This document shows, piece after piece, positions 12,401-25,000 of a stretch of DNA of 64,000 bases. Numbering within the stretch: the stretch's first letter is position 1; the number at the start of each line of letters is the position of its first letter. The notes under the pieces were generated by a model, which made no database searches, had not been told where the DNA came from, and saw only the letters and a list, made by a program, of their open reading frames with translations. Source of the stretch: Marsupella aquatica (Eukaryota > Plantae > Marchantiophyta); assembly GCA_973895155.1 (NCBI GenBank), contig OZ316892.1:22607168-22671167 (forward strand), in the 5' to 3' direction. The translations under genes and the position numbers were made by a program.

Positions 12401-15400
12401 TGGCACAGAAACTGTAGTTTCCCGTGCCATGGACCGGTGGATATTCTGTGGCACTGACTCCAATTGCTTGCTGCTTGCCACAGAGCTCTCAGACGAAAGG
12501 CTACCAGATAAAGAGCGGGGGACAGACTGGCCTTCCAGAGCTCCATCTTGTTGCGAGGAAGCACCTCTAACTTCATCACTCGAGGGATTCAGCAAAGGTG
12601 ACGGGGATGAGTTGGCCAGATCCCTTGCAGACTTAAGCGGGGGTCTATGCAGGGGTGCCCCCCTCAAGGGAGGAGGTGGCACACGAGGTTGCTTAGCCAA
12701 AGACTGACGCAGTCGTCCATAAGAGGAAAACTCATTTGCCTCAGGTCCCTGAAAGTAGGATGATGGTGGAGGTGGTGAGCCCCTCTTTCCATCTCTGAAT
12801 GATCGCTGGCGGTCTATCTTATCACGACCCCAATGCCGATCTCCCTCTCTATCGTAGGAGCTATCTAAATAGCCTCCGTCGCTCTCAGGTGTGGTGGCAC
12901 GAGGAGAAGCAGACCGTTTGTTAGAGGACCCTATTTCATCTCCAGGCCACCGCCGCTCTTGAAATCCGGGCAGACGATCTTTCCGTGGAGGGTTCTCCCC
13001 TGGACCCAAATCGTTTGTCAAAGCGCTATTACCATAGAATGCTTCCCTCTCAGTGTACTCTCGCTTGCCGGGATACATCCGGTCCCTTGAAATGCCAAAC
13101 TGGAACTCAGATGTATCCTCGCGGCCTCCATAGAGCGAGGAACCAACGCCATTGTCCATAACATCTCGTCTCCAAGACGGAAAGGACCGTGAGCGATCCG
13201 CCTCAAAGGCATTCCCTCCTCGAAGATCCGGCATCCGCCGTCCTGCAATGCCCTGCACGTCTGGAGACTTCAGCCTGGAGGAAAATTCGTCTGGAGATCT
13301 AGGTATGGGAGGAGACGCGGGACGCCGTGATGATGGTCTAAGAGGTGCCCGCTCATCATCGTCCTGATCAGCTCCCGTTAAGCCAGCGACATTTCTCTCA
13401 TCCTCGTCCCTGGCTGGCACTTCCTTTCGTGCAGCAGCTTCGTAGTCCAGAGATTGCCTTTGCTTTCGGAGCCTATCCTCGTCTGGCATGAAAGGATCCT
13501 CCTCCTGCTTCTTCTTTTCTGCCTCTCGTTTGGCAATACGCTCCTCCAGCTCTTGGAGCTTACGACGGGCATTCTCTTTTCTGCGCTCCTCCTCCAACTG
13601 CATAGACCTCTTCTCTTCCTCACGGGCTCTCTTCTCATCTTCGATTTTCTGAGCAGCCTCCAGGGCTTCCTGCTCTGCTCTGGCAACTGCTTCCCTTGCC
13701 TCTGCCTCGAGTCTGAGCAAACGCTCGACTTCCTCCCTCGCTAAACGCTCCCGCTCCTCCTCCTCCTTCCTTGCCTGCTCAATGGCCCGTTCTTTCTCCT
13801 CCAATTTCCTCAACCGCTCCTGTTCCTGAAGCTTCTGCACCCTCTCGAGCTCTGCTTCGAATGCCTCCCTCTCTAAGTCGTAGAACGAGTTCACCTTGGC
13901 TTCCTCTTTCTTCCTCCGGATCAGCTTGCTTTCTACACCGCTCAAGGACTCACCAAGCCCGGTTGAAGTCCTGAAATCTAGACCCGGGAGGTCCGGGAAA
14001 TCTCGTGCAAATGCGTCTTCTGAATAGGGGGCCCCAAAACGCTTCTCCCTGTTGAAGTCCAAGCCAGAATCCAGGCCCATGATTCCTCCTCTTCCTGAAG
14101 CGAAAGGGCCCCCCTTGCTCCCACCGAAATCTGACCCGCCATTAAATCGACCTGCTCCTCCCCTAACGAAGCGGTCTCCTCCTCCGTATCTACCACGTCC
14201 CCCATCATAATCTCCACTACTGGGACGCCTATTATCCCTGTAAGGACCATCCCGATTGGAAATCCCATGGCCAGAATCCTTGTAAAAATTCTCTCTGGGC
14301 CCTCCAGCATCTTTCCCATAACCATCCCTAAAAGAATAATCTCTGCCCCCGCTACCTGGCCTGCCAAATCCATCTCTATCCAGATTGATATCTTTGCCAG
14401 GCACAAACTCCCTCCTGGCTCCTACACCATCCCTACCGAAACCTCCTCCCTGTCGTCCATATGATCCTCCTTCCCGCCCGAATCCTCCTCCTTCTACACC
14501 CGTATTAACCATACCACCTTGCTCTCTATTACTGTAACCGCCATCTCTTCCAGGGACTACCCCGTCTCTGCGCCCCATAACTTCCCTGCCACCATATCTT
14601 TCCTCTCGATTATGATTGTTAGACAAGCTATAGCTCGAGTTGAGATTACCTTCTCGTGGATAGCCACCTCCTCCGTCAGCGCCACCTTCTCGCCCCAATT
14701 CCGTCTCCCTGCCAAACCCACCACCACCACCTGAAGATGGACGATTCTCTCGTTGAGATGACTGCCGCCCGAAGCCATACTCCTCGCCACCACGGCCGTT
14801 ATTGCGGCCGCGAGGATCGTCAAGAAAATGCTCCCTCTCTGGACGATCGGGCCATTCGGAGTACTGGCCCGGACCTCCACCCTGGGGCCGGAGATTCTGA
14901 GCTGGCTCCCGCTCGTCATCTGCCCAATTCGATCTCTGATTCACACGAACTGGAGGAGGAGGACCAGAGTATGGCGAAAACCACTCTGGCTTAAATCCCG
15001 GCCTGCTTCCCACCTGCTGCTGCTGCTGAGCAGGGGCCTGAGGCTCCAAGGAAAGATTGCTTTCCTCACTCGGTGAGGTTTGAGATGGCTTGGATGATGA
15101 TAGCGTGGATGATGATGATAATGATACAGGCTGCGCCGGCTGAAGCGGAGGTGCAACAACCTGCTGCGGTTGCAATGGCTCTTCTCCAGCAGGCTTGTGG
15201 GAGGATAGAAGTTGCAGTTTCTGGTGCTGATCTTTCAGCTCCTGCTGTTTTTCCCGCTGCTTCTGCTGCAACTCCTTCTGACGTTGATGAGCGGGGGGAG
15301 GGGGCGGAGGCAGAGCAGCTTGAAGGGTTGGAAAATCCTCACCTCTGAGAACAACCGCCTTCTCGAGAGCAACAGGTCTGCTAACCGGAGGCGGAACCGC

Positions 15401-16033
15401 ATTCACCTTTACGGGGACAGTCCTCGCTCTCGGCGGAGTGTAAACCCCAGATCTTGCCACCAGGTGAGGTGCCGATGAGGGCCTGAGGTCTCCATTCGCA
15501 CCAGGATTCACCACAGCCTGACCTGCGGAGGGAGGTTGAGACGTTCCCCACGTGGACCCAGCGCTGAGAGCAGGATTAGATCTTGAAACGCCAGCATTAC
15601 TCTCCCCCTGCTGCACAACGACATTAATCGCTGCCTCCTCGGATGCTGCTACTTCCCTCTGCTGCTGTTGCGGTTGTTGCACTTGCTGCTGCTGCTGCTT
15701 CGGCCATCCAGAAGCACCCGTGGCCCCCCCGACGAGAGCGATGTTTGGGTCATTTCCAGCATGCTCCCTCCTCAACGATGGGAGATTCACCGGCAATGGA
15801 ACGGTGAGCTTTGCCCCCTTTTGCAAAACTGCCGCGGCGGCCACTCCAGGAGTTGGTGTTGATGAGAAGCGCACAGGTCGAGTGAGCAGCAGCATCCCGC
15901 CATGGCTGGCAATCCGAGAGCGCGAGCCTCCCGACCCCGGCAGCTGCGCTCCTGCTGGTGCCGCTGGCTTTCCATACGACTTGTTCAGATTAACCGACGC
16001 AAATTTGGTGCTGCTGCTGGACGCGCGCGCCAT
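6428..16033 (-). CDS. PRRC2/BAT2-like large disordered RNA-binding protein (Arabidopsis AT3G50370-like), 7 coding exons, ~2875 aa
   Basis: Exons in transcript order, all GT-AG and in frame: 16033-10082, 9969-9668, 9556-9427, 9206-8996, 8800-8378, 8233-7503, 7306-6428 (8628 nt). Motifs: N-terminal KFASVNLNKSYG and PLPVNLPSLRREH (BAT2_N-like), NWADDERE, RGG-rich region, E/R/K coiled coil ending ARRKLQELEERIAKRE, DDDDFIEVRSKRQMLNDRREQKEKE, LTQIQLEEAMKP, LLAGEKIQFGAVTSP, EAEAAASAVAVAAISSDE, YLPSGKQPDWKH, C-terminal KLKQVYVVKP. I recall these as conserved in the plant AT3G50370 family. Confidence 0.88.
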
Positions 16034-17678
16034 AGGAGGTCCTAAACCTCTCTCCTGCCTGCATCAGATACCGATCGAGCCTCTTCCTTGTCCCTCCTCC
16101 ACCTCCTCCTCCACCTCCACAACCTCTACCGCAACCCTAAATCTCCGACCTCTTCCTCCTAACCCTTAACCCCTTCCTCTGCGCCAAATCTGTCTCAGAC
16201 TTCAAACGTGAAACCTTCAAACACGTCTGCCTTCAAACCCTATTATCCCTCCGTCTATCGGAGTCTCTCTTCTCTTCTCTTCTCGTCTCGTATCGCCTCG
16301 TCTCGTCTCGCCTCCTCTCCTCTGTCCGTACTTACACCAAACCACACCACACCACGTCACGGACGAATCACTACTAATTCCTCGTCGATGTTCACAACTC
16401 GAACGGAGCCCCACCACCACCACCACCACCCCGCCGCGCGTGAACGATCCCGATAAGAAAGAGTAAGTAAGAAAGCCCAAATGGGAAGAGGGACGGAGGG
16501 AAAAGATGTAACGTTGTCGTCGTTGCTGTTCCGAAACTGCCTCCTCCTCCTCCTGCTGCCTTCGCGCACTCGCGCTCTCCCCTCTCTCTGTCTCTCAGGG
16601 CGCGGGCCGACCCTCACAGACGTCCCTCCGACTGGAGTTGTGAGTAGTGTGTAGTAAGTCGTGTGTGACTCGAGGAGAGCGGCGGTGGTGCGCGTGCCCG
16701 TCGAGGCCGCAGGCAAGCAGGCGGTGAAAAAAGGAAAGAATGACAGAAAGGTGGCGAAGCGAGGGAAGGGATGGGAAGGGTTCGGAAGCAGAGAGGGAGG
16801 GAGGGAGGGAGGGAGCGAGGGAGAGAGAGACGGAGACACAGAGAGGTCGATCGAACGAAGTAGGAAGAACGAGGAAACGGAAGAGGGAGAACGAGGGAGG
16901 ACGGGAGCAGAGCCCTAGACGAGGAACATTCCCACCGAAACTACATTTGCAGGTTGCAGCAAGCTCCAGCAGAACCAGCCAGCAAACGGACGCGACACCG
17001 GCACTCTTTTCGTGAAGGCCTCCCTCGCCCCCCCCCGGTCCCCAATGCTGGCTCTTGCTGGCCTGCCTGGCTCCGTCTCTTTGGCTCCCTCCTTCGGCTC
17101 CCTTGGTGTGGAGGTGGTGGCCCTTGGCCCCCCTGACTGATTGTACTGCGGCCCCTTGCCCGGTCATATTATTCATGACCCCGTCTCTTTGCCCCCTTTC
17201 CTTCCTGTCCCTTCCCTTCTCTTCTCTTTAGTGATGGTGGCCCCCGATCATGGGTACCTGGCCACTTCTTTTTCCTATCCCTCTGGATTTGGTTTGGGTT
17301 GGTTCCTTCTCTTAGCGGTGGTAGCCCTTGGCCCCCTGGTCATTGGTACATGCCCTGTGCCCTGCCCTACCTCCTGCTCGTCATCTGGGTTTGTCTTTAG
17401 TTGCTTCCTTCTCTTCCCTTCTCTTGGTGGTGGTGGTGGCCCCTGGCCCCCTGATTATGGGTGTTGTGCCTTGGCCCTTGGCTGGCCAGATTTCTTCATG
17501 GCAACTGGGTCCCTTTCTGGCTCCTTCCCTTCCCTGTGGCTCTTTCACCTTTGGCTCCCTCCTTTTCTGCAAGGGGTGGTGATGGACTCCTCACTCTTGT
17601 GCCAACTTAAGGTATATGGGCTTGAACACAAAGGCATTCGTGCTCGAAGGTGTCTAATCACAACTGAAATAGGACTTA

Positions 17679-18018
17679 GGGCTGTCTTGCATGTGACAAG
17701 TCCTTTGTGTTCTGGCCCTAAACTGAACCCCTGGCATTTGTAAATGCAGCAACAGGCCGGCAGTCGTGATGGCGGCTTTAGGGGATATGCAAGGGCAAGG
17801 GCGGGAAAATTTCTGGCCCTTGAGGTCCCGAACTTTGAACTGCAAATAAAACAAAACCGCAGCGGATCTTGCCCGGTACATTTGCGGTGCCAAAGTCAAA
17901 GAAGTAAATGCGTTTGAGTAAGCACGGCACACGTAAGCTCTTCTTGATTGTATTTTGCCAACATCAGTGCGTTGCTAAGGGTCGCTTTTTCAGGACTCTT
18001 GCACATGCAAGACAGCCC
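17679..18018. mobile_element. Tourist-like (PIF/Harbinger) MITE, 340 bp
   Basis: Perfect 17-bp terminal inverted repeats GGGCTGTCTTGCATGTG (17679-17695) and CACATGCAAGACAGCCC (18002-18018), flanked on both sides by TTA (17676-17678, 18019-18021). A 3-bp TTA/TAA TSD is diagnostic of PIF/Harbinger. No transposase coding. Confidence 0.88.
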
Positions 18019-18021
18019 TTA

Positions 18022-19240
18022 GATACTTTCATAGCTATCTCCATGGTGATCTTGCAAGCGAGGTGCAACCCAAAAGTTTATTTCAATCCACCTTCAAGCT
18101 CACCTTCAAGTATACTCTCAAATGATGCCAAGCTTTAGCAATACTGGCCTCTACACACAACCTTCACATTCTATAGCTTTTGTACTCCTTACTTCCAGAT
18201 GTCTCTACGCACCATCCCCCACAAAATCTGCCAGAATAGATGTCAAATTTTTCTTTAGGAGCTGCTCTTAGTGAAGTAGTAATCATGTCAATTTTCTTGC
18301 AAATATTGGGGATGACTTGCATTCCACTTTGCAAGGTCTCTCAAGGTTACAAAAAAACAATGTCATACAGTCCCCACTCCAATGACAATATTTCCAGCCA
18401 ACTGTCCTTGTTGGAGAATGTTGTACCCCTTGTGCAAATCCCTCCATGAATTATATGTAAATGAGATGAGAAGTGTAAAGAAGAAACAATGGGTACAAAA
18501 ACAAAGGACCAACAAGATGAACAAAATATTACAGCCTACCAAAGAAAGGAAATTAAAGATGTGATAGGAGAGTAGAAGATTTATATAGTAGTCTGTACCA
18601 CCAGTACAATATGTACAAGTGTAAAGGTAAAAGTAAAAGTAAGAAAAACACTATTCTCACATAGTATAATTGAGAACCTGCAATGCAAAATACACCAGGA
18701 GCATACATAGAAAATAAATAATAAATGGAAATATTCCAAGTAATTGCAAAAGCAGAAGAAAGAAGGGAAACTAGATAAAGGAATACCTCAACATGTGTCC
18801 TATGTCCAAGTGTTGCTTCATGAAGTCATGTAGCACTGTAACTTTTGTAGAAGGTTCTGCAAAATTTTCCAAAGCTTTTAGATGTTGAAGTGCCAAATCT
18901 GCAATAAGAGAGAAACATCTACTTTTTCCTTCATTTATAGGTTCTTCATTCAAAATTATCCAAACAAATTTATGAAACACACAGTGTGTTTGTGCACTGT
19001 TGCCAAGACAAACATCTAGCAAACAAGCCAGATTTTCCCCTATCAACTGACCTGCCTTCAGACACCTGCCCTCCTGAGGCTGCGCCTTTCTTTGGATTTC
19101 ACTTCAAGGCTTTTATTATTCTTGAAACAGCTGAGGGTGTTGGTTTTAGGTTCTCTAAATGGATTACTCTTAATTACCCCCTTGTGTGACTTGCTTTGGA
19201 GTTGTACTTCACATTTTGATTTTTTACCCAATAGGGTTTT
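18022..19240 (-). pseudogene. Decayed coding-like sequence of unknown origin (probably TE-derived)
   Basis: Minus-strand stretches read like protein but are broken by stops and frameshifts (LRDLAKWNASHPQYLQE, HLFWQILWGMVRRDIWK*, SFESILEGELEGGLK*, ORF 18771-19046). An AT-rich intron-like stretch lies at ~18450-18780. The segment sits between a MITE and a LINE fragment. No family recognised. Confidence 0.3.
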
Positions 19241-19683
19241 AGTTTAGTTTACTCTGCTTCTTAGCGGGGTTTAGTTATTCTGGGATTGTGGAGCTCAAAC
19301 TACTTAAAGTCAGTCGATCATTCCCGCTTACATGAACAAATAATTCAAACTGCACTCCAGGGACTCATGGGCTTTACGGGCCTCTTTGTGCTTCTTGGGG
19401 TCTTTCCCCTTCCTTGCTCTCTCTATTTATTAAGTCTTTTGTGTTTTGAATCCTGTCTCCCGTTTAGTGCTTTTGTTCTTTGGCATTGTGTTATACTAGT
19501 GAGGCTTTGCAGGGAAGGGAGCCATTCGTAAACCATATTGTTGTTTCCAAGGGTAAGTTGCAAAATTACAATGATATAAAGTTGGGTTCTCAGTAGTCTC
19601 CCATGTCTTAAGAACAACCTGGGTGCTGATCAATGGCTTTTCGAAGTTGCTTGCCCTTCTTCGTGCAAGTGTTTTTCAGTTTG

Positions 19684-20080
19684 TCAAAGGACAACACATC
19701 TAGGTAGTCTACCAAGGAAGTGGGAGTAAGTGGTGTCATAATTCCTTTCCTTCCACAGGCTATTGCACATCTCCATAATCAACACCAAGGGGCCATGTTT
19801 CCTTTTGTGCACTTGAATGGCAAAGGTGATAGCTTGGAAAAGGGAGCCTCGTGAGAATTGCAATACTGTGGAATGGTGCAATAATCTATGGATCTCACTC
19901 CATCTATCAATAACCTTGCTACTATTGAACAAGAGATGTTTGGTATGCTCAAATTTGGTTTTGCACCTATCACAAATCCCATTGTTCACCTCCCAATGGC
20001 TAGCTATGCAGTTATTGAAGAACTTAAGGTTCAAAAGTCACCGATTGAAAAATCTCACCTTTGAAAATCCGTTCACCTAC
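19684..20080 (-). mobile_element. Degenerate L1-type LINE ORF2 3' fragment (zf-RVT region)
   Basis: Translation KVRFFNR*LLNLKFF...NGICDRCKTKFEHTKHLLFNSSKVIDRW...SLWKERN fits the CxxC-x-E-x-HL zinc knuckle and LWKERN motif at the end of plant L1 ORF2. It has an internal stop and a lost Cys. Confidence 0.75.
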
Positions 20081-21055
20081 AATGGTCTTGGGATCCAAGT
20101 CAAGGCAGGTTGTTTACCGATGTCTGAAGTTGGTTGCTTGTGCAGACAATAGGGGCATTGAGCGATAGTCGTGCCGAGGAGTGAGTGCAGCTTCATATGG
20201 GAGTTACCACTGGCGGTGATAGAGGCACCAACTAACTTACATCACCAAGCACCCTCACCAAACCTAGTACTCTTGATAGGGGCACCAAGAGTACTAAGGC
20301 AAGAGTACTGGATTTGGTGAGGGCATTGGGTAGCATGGTCCACCAATGTTGTCAACACTATCTGTGCTGTTAATTTGTCCCCAACATTGGTTCAACTTTG
20401 TGAAGTCAAGCACAGGGGCACCTGAAAAAGCCTGCCCTGAAAATGCCTGCCCCTGAAAAAGCAAGAAATAACCTGTTTACCATCGTTTCAAACTAGAGCT
20501 TGAGTATTCAGGGTTTAGGGTTTACTAAAGAAAATTTCTCACAAAGAGGGACTTACAATGCTTTAGTTAAGGATTGATCCACTATTCCTCAATTCACACC
20601 ATGAATGGCTCGCAGAGACTGTCAAGTGCATTTGATTTGTGCAAATGGCTGTTTCTCTATTGTTTCTTGTCTTCCAACTTCCTAACCAATTTTTTTGTCA
20701 GCACCGGAAGCTCTTGCATGAGGGTTTTGTCCTGAAGAAAAGCCCAAGGGATTTGATTTTCCCCTGTTATCACTATGTCCAGTCCACTCTCTCATTCATT
20801 TTCACTCATTCACAAGTTGGGGGGTGAAGAGAGTCATGGAACCTGGTCTTTCAACATGTGTGCCTTCCTGATTGCTGATCTGGACCGGAGCTCCAAACCC
20901 CTAAATAAACGCATTCGCGAGTTTGGGGGTGAGGAGAGTCATGGAACCCATCCTTTAAACGTGTTCACCTGTCTGGGGTGCTCGAAGCTCAAAACCCCAG
21001 CAGAACCCTAGCTGCTGTATGCTTGTGTCCAATTTGAAGGATGGCAGGGCAGGCA

Positions 21056-21095
21056 GGATTGGATTGGATTGGATTGGATTGGATTGGATTGGATT
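21056..21095. repeat. (GGATT)8 microsatellite upstream of the topoisomerase gene
   Basis: Direct reading. Confidence 0.95.
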
Positions 21096-22014
21096 CAATT
21101 CCTACACCTGTGGTCGCTTTGCTTTCCTTCGTTTCGGTGCAAGGATTGGAATGAAATGATCTGAACCGAATTGGATTCTCACACTCGAGTGCTCCCGTTT
21201 GCTCTGCTCTGCTTTGCTTCGTTTCGGTGGTCGATGATACGCACGAGCACAGCTGAGCTCATCAGATGTTTGGTGTGAGGTCCTGCGAAACAGAGGCTAG
21301 CCTTGTTGTCAATCTCGTGTGAAAAGAGGTTCCGGTTCTAGAGAAGAGCAGAAGAAGGGCAGAGAAGCGCAGATTTTGTCAAAATGGTACAGTTGGAAGG
21401 GGAAGCATCTCCCGCCAATGTGCTAGGTGTTGTCCGTGGCAAGGAGCAACAATCAATTTTGTCGTTGAGCTTTGATTTTGACCATCGGGAGTGTGATGCG
21501 TCGACTTGTACATTGACGAGGAGGATGAGGTGACGGCGGGGGGTCGGGCAAGGCAATGCGGTGACTCTCAATGCAATGCGAGGAGTGGCGCACCGCATTA
21601 CGCTTCTGACGAGGACGTTCTGCAATACAGTCTCTCAAGGTTTGCTCGCTCGGTGGCGGGCTTTTGTTCCTGCCCTGAACTCGATCGAAGTATACGCGTT
21701 TGGTTCCACAAATGCTGTCGCTGTGAGATTTAGATACTCAAAACTACAATGAAGAACTAGGGAGTTTGTATTGTTTTGTCAGTTTTCCAGTAGTGTCCGA
21801 ATACTCAGATTCAATTTAATTCTTCAGTGAGAGCGAGGAGCAGAAACTTAGAAGGCGGGAATGGTCAAAGAGAGAGAGTAACCTGAATTCGAAGACCGGA
21901 GAAACTATAGAAGTCATCGTATTTGCCCGACAAGGATACTGCTAACAAACTGTAGTTTGTGGTGATCTAGCTCGCAGAAATTCACTCGAGGATTTCCCTC
22001 ATGCAAGGTCTGAT

Positions 22015-25000
22015 ATGGCAGCTCATACAACGGTTGTCGTTGGGGCGATCACCTCGAGTAGAATGAACATTCACACCTATTCCAGGGGACAGTGCACTCA
22101 CAGTTTTGCAGCTGCATCGCTCACAGGATGCTTAACTACTGCAAAAAAGAATTCGTGGTCAGTAAGGACTTCGAAGCTGGCAATTTCTCAGGTACTTCTG
22201 GTTTGAGTTACCGCTATCATGTTGAGACTATTTTTGCTTTGAAAAAGTTGGCACATGAGCCTTGTTGGTGGCGTACTGAACTGTTACCATTTAGATGAGT
22301 GCTAATTTACAGAGGATTGCAACAAAGTTTGTCTAATGCTTTGATGCTTTGAAACTGTATTTTTGCTTTGAAAAGTTGGCCCTGCATGAGATTTTTGTTG
22401 ATAAATTGCAGCTTTACCTTGCTCTTCTTGCGCAGCCATCATTTGGATGTATGTGTATAACAACAAGTGCATTGAGGGAGCGCCTGTCACAACCTCTGTA
22501 CAGAAAACGGAGGAAGAAAGGAAGAGGGAAAGGTTCACAGAGTACGGTACTTCCTGCAAGAGTGGCAGCTCAGGTGGTTTCGGTAGCTGAAGATAAATCA
22601 GTTGTTGTAGTGGAATCACCAGCTAAGGCAAGAACAATTGAAAAGTACCTTGGACAAAGGCATGTAGTTTTGCCAAGTTTCGGTCACGTTCGGGATCTAG
22701 CTGCCAAGTCTGGATCTGTGCGTCCTGACGAGGACTTCAAACTGGTTTGGGAGGTTCCTGCCTCTGCTCGGCAACACCTCAATGCAATCAAGGCTGCGGT
22801 TAAAGGGTACTTATTCTCACCTCTTTCTTCATCAGTTTCATCTCATAAGTGATAGGCTACTGGCCAGGCTGGGAACTGACCTTGACCAGCTGATTTCACT
22901 GTTTTCGTCTTTGTGACAATATAATAGATCCAAACCCTGAAACGGCTTAGGAAGTCCCTGTTTTCTCCTCCAATTTTTCTCTGCAATGCCCCAAAAGTCG
23001 TTTTCTGTCAGATGACTCTCATATACGAAATTCGGTTCAGGTGATGCCTAAAGTGAGAGCACATATGTCGAAAATTACTTTTTGACCGGCACAAAGGATT
23101 ACCCCTCTCCCTAGCTTTGCCTATTTCTCCCTGGTGGTGATTCTCTCGCGGTGATAAACGAAATGCTGGAATTCAGAGAACGTCCTCGGAAGATTTGCTT
23201 CTGCACTTAGGCGTATATTTGGGTCGGTTCCGAAGGAATAAGATGTTGTTTTTCTGAATGCTATTTTGCAGGGCATCCAATCTAGTCCTTGCCTCTGACC
23301 CGGATAGGGAAGGAGAAGCAATTGCATGGCATGTTCTTGAGATGTTGAGATCTGAAGGGGCAGTCCCTAAAACCCTCAAAGTAAGCAGGGTTGTTTTCAA
23401 TGAGATAACAAGGGCAGCTGTCTTATCTGCAATGGAGGCCCCCAGAGATATCAGTGCGACGCTTGTAGATGCCTATCTTGCCCGCAGGGCTTTAGACTAC
23501 CTTATTGGGTTTGACCTTTCTCCTGTCCTTTGGCGGAAACTTCCAGGTAGTAAATCTGCTGGTCGTGTACAATCAGCTGCGCTCCGTCTCATCTGTGAAC
23601 GAGAACAGGAGATGGAAGTTTTTGTAGCTAAGGAATATTGGACAATTGATACACAACTTTCACTTCGCGGCAAAGATACTGAGTTAAGTTCTGCAGCTGA
23701 TGATTCTCAAGGGAAGAGTAAAACTTTTCCTGCGAAAGTGACTCATGTTGATGGTGAGAAGCTTTCCCAGTTTTCGCTTACTTGTTATGAACAAGCGAAA
23801 ACAATATCTCAAAGGGTAGAAATGGCCAAACTCTCAGTTTGCAGTGTAAAGAAGAGTGTCGCAAGACGGAACCCTCTTGCACCTTACATTACTTCGACCT
23901 TACAGCAAGATGCGTCTACCAAGCTGGCTTTTGGGGCGTCCCGTACAATGGCCGTATGCTTCTCTCCTCTCCTTCCATCATTGTGCTTGAAACAATAATC
24001 TAATAGTAGTGAAGAACTTATCTCGTATTCTAAATCTCGTAATTAAACTCCAATTTTCTATGTCAAGCAAATCGATTTGACGCATGCGATGCTTGACCGT
24101 CTCAGCTTGCGCAACAACTATACGAGGGAGTGAAACTTGGCACTGGTGAACTTACTGGCTTAATCACGTACATGCGAACAGATGGTGTCCAGGTGCACAA
24201 AGTCTGCCTGCAAGTGACCCATTAATTTGGAAGAAAGGTTTAAGTTCTGCAAGGTTGTGAGGCAAAATGATCGTAGCGGATCATTTTGTGCTTTCTTCAC
24301 AAGTTTATTATGTCCAGAAGTTTCGCTCGTAGTGGTTAAGTAAAGCCTCTGTTTGAAGGACTTTGAAGGACTCGCGTTGTGCCAACTGAGCTGTTGTAGT
24401 ACACACTGTAGTCAAGGCAGTCTTGGGAAAAAACGTATACTCCTTCAACTTGGTGATCTTGGCCAGAGCGATGTTTGGTAAGAGTTAGATCTCGTCGTGG
24501 AGTTATGGTTTTGATAGATGGTACTGACCACATGCTCCTGTTGTAATTCTTTAAGTCAGAATTTTGCTCATTAGAGTTTCTGTCTTCCAGCTATCAAGTG
24601 AGGCCGTCCAAACTACGAGGGCATTTATCGCCAAACGGTATGTGTGCTGTTCTTGTGTAATTTTCTCTGGAAGTAAATGATATTTGAATGTTTAATCTTG
24701 ACCTGAAGTCCAGCGATCAAGTTTAGCACTTTATAGGAGAGTAATGACTGATTTTGTGAGACTGCCAGCTGGGAATTTTTGCCTTAACTTGCGAAGGGGA
24801 TCTGGTCATCCTACTCTCAAGCTCTGTACGACGAGGCAGTTCTCAGGCGAGTTCAAAGGCAATTCTTACATAAGTCACGTCATGGCCATTCTGCAGGTAT
24901 GGTGATAAGTATGTGCCCCAACAGCCGCGGCAGTTCACCTCAAGAGTGAAGAATGCTCAGGAAGCACACGAGGCAATCCGCCCAACTGACATTAATCGGC

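Noticed and set aside
10096-16169. Numerous antisense and alternate-frame ORFs overlapping the PRRC2-like exon
   Set aside because: Shadow ORFs expected from a long, compositionally biased exon.
16200-17600. Several 80-200 aa ORFs in GA/CT-rich DNA
   Set aside because: Low-complexity, GC-rich promoter/5'-UTR and repeat sequence gives stop-poor frames on both strands; no recognisable domains.
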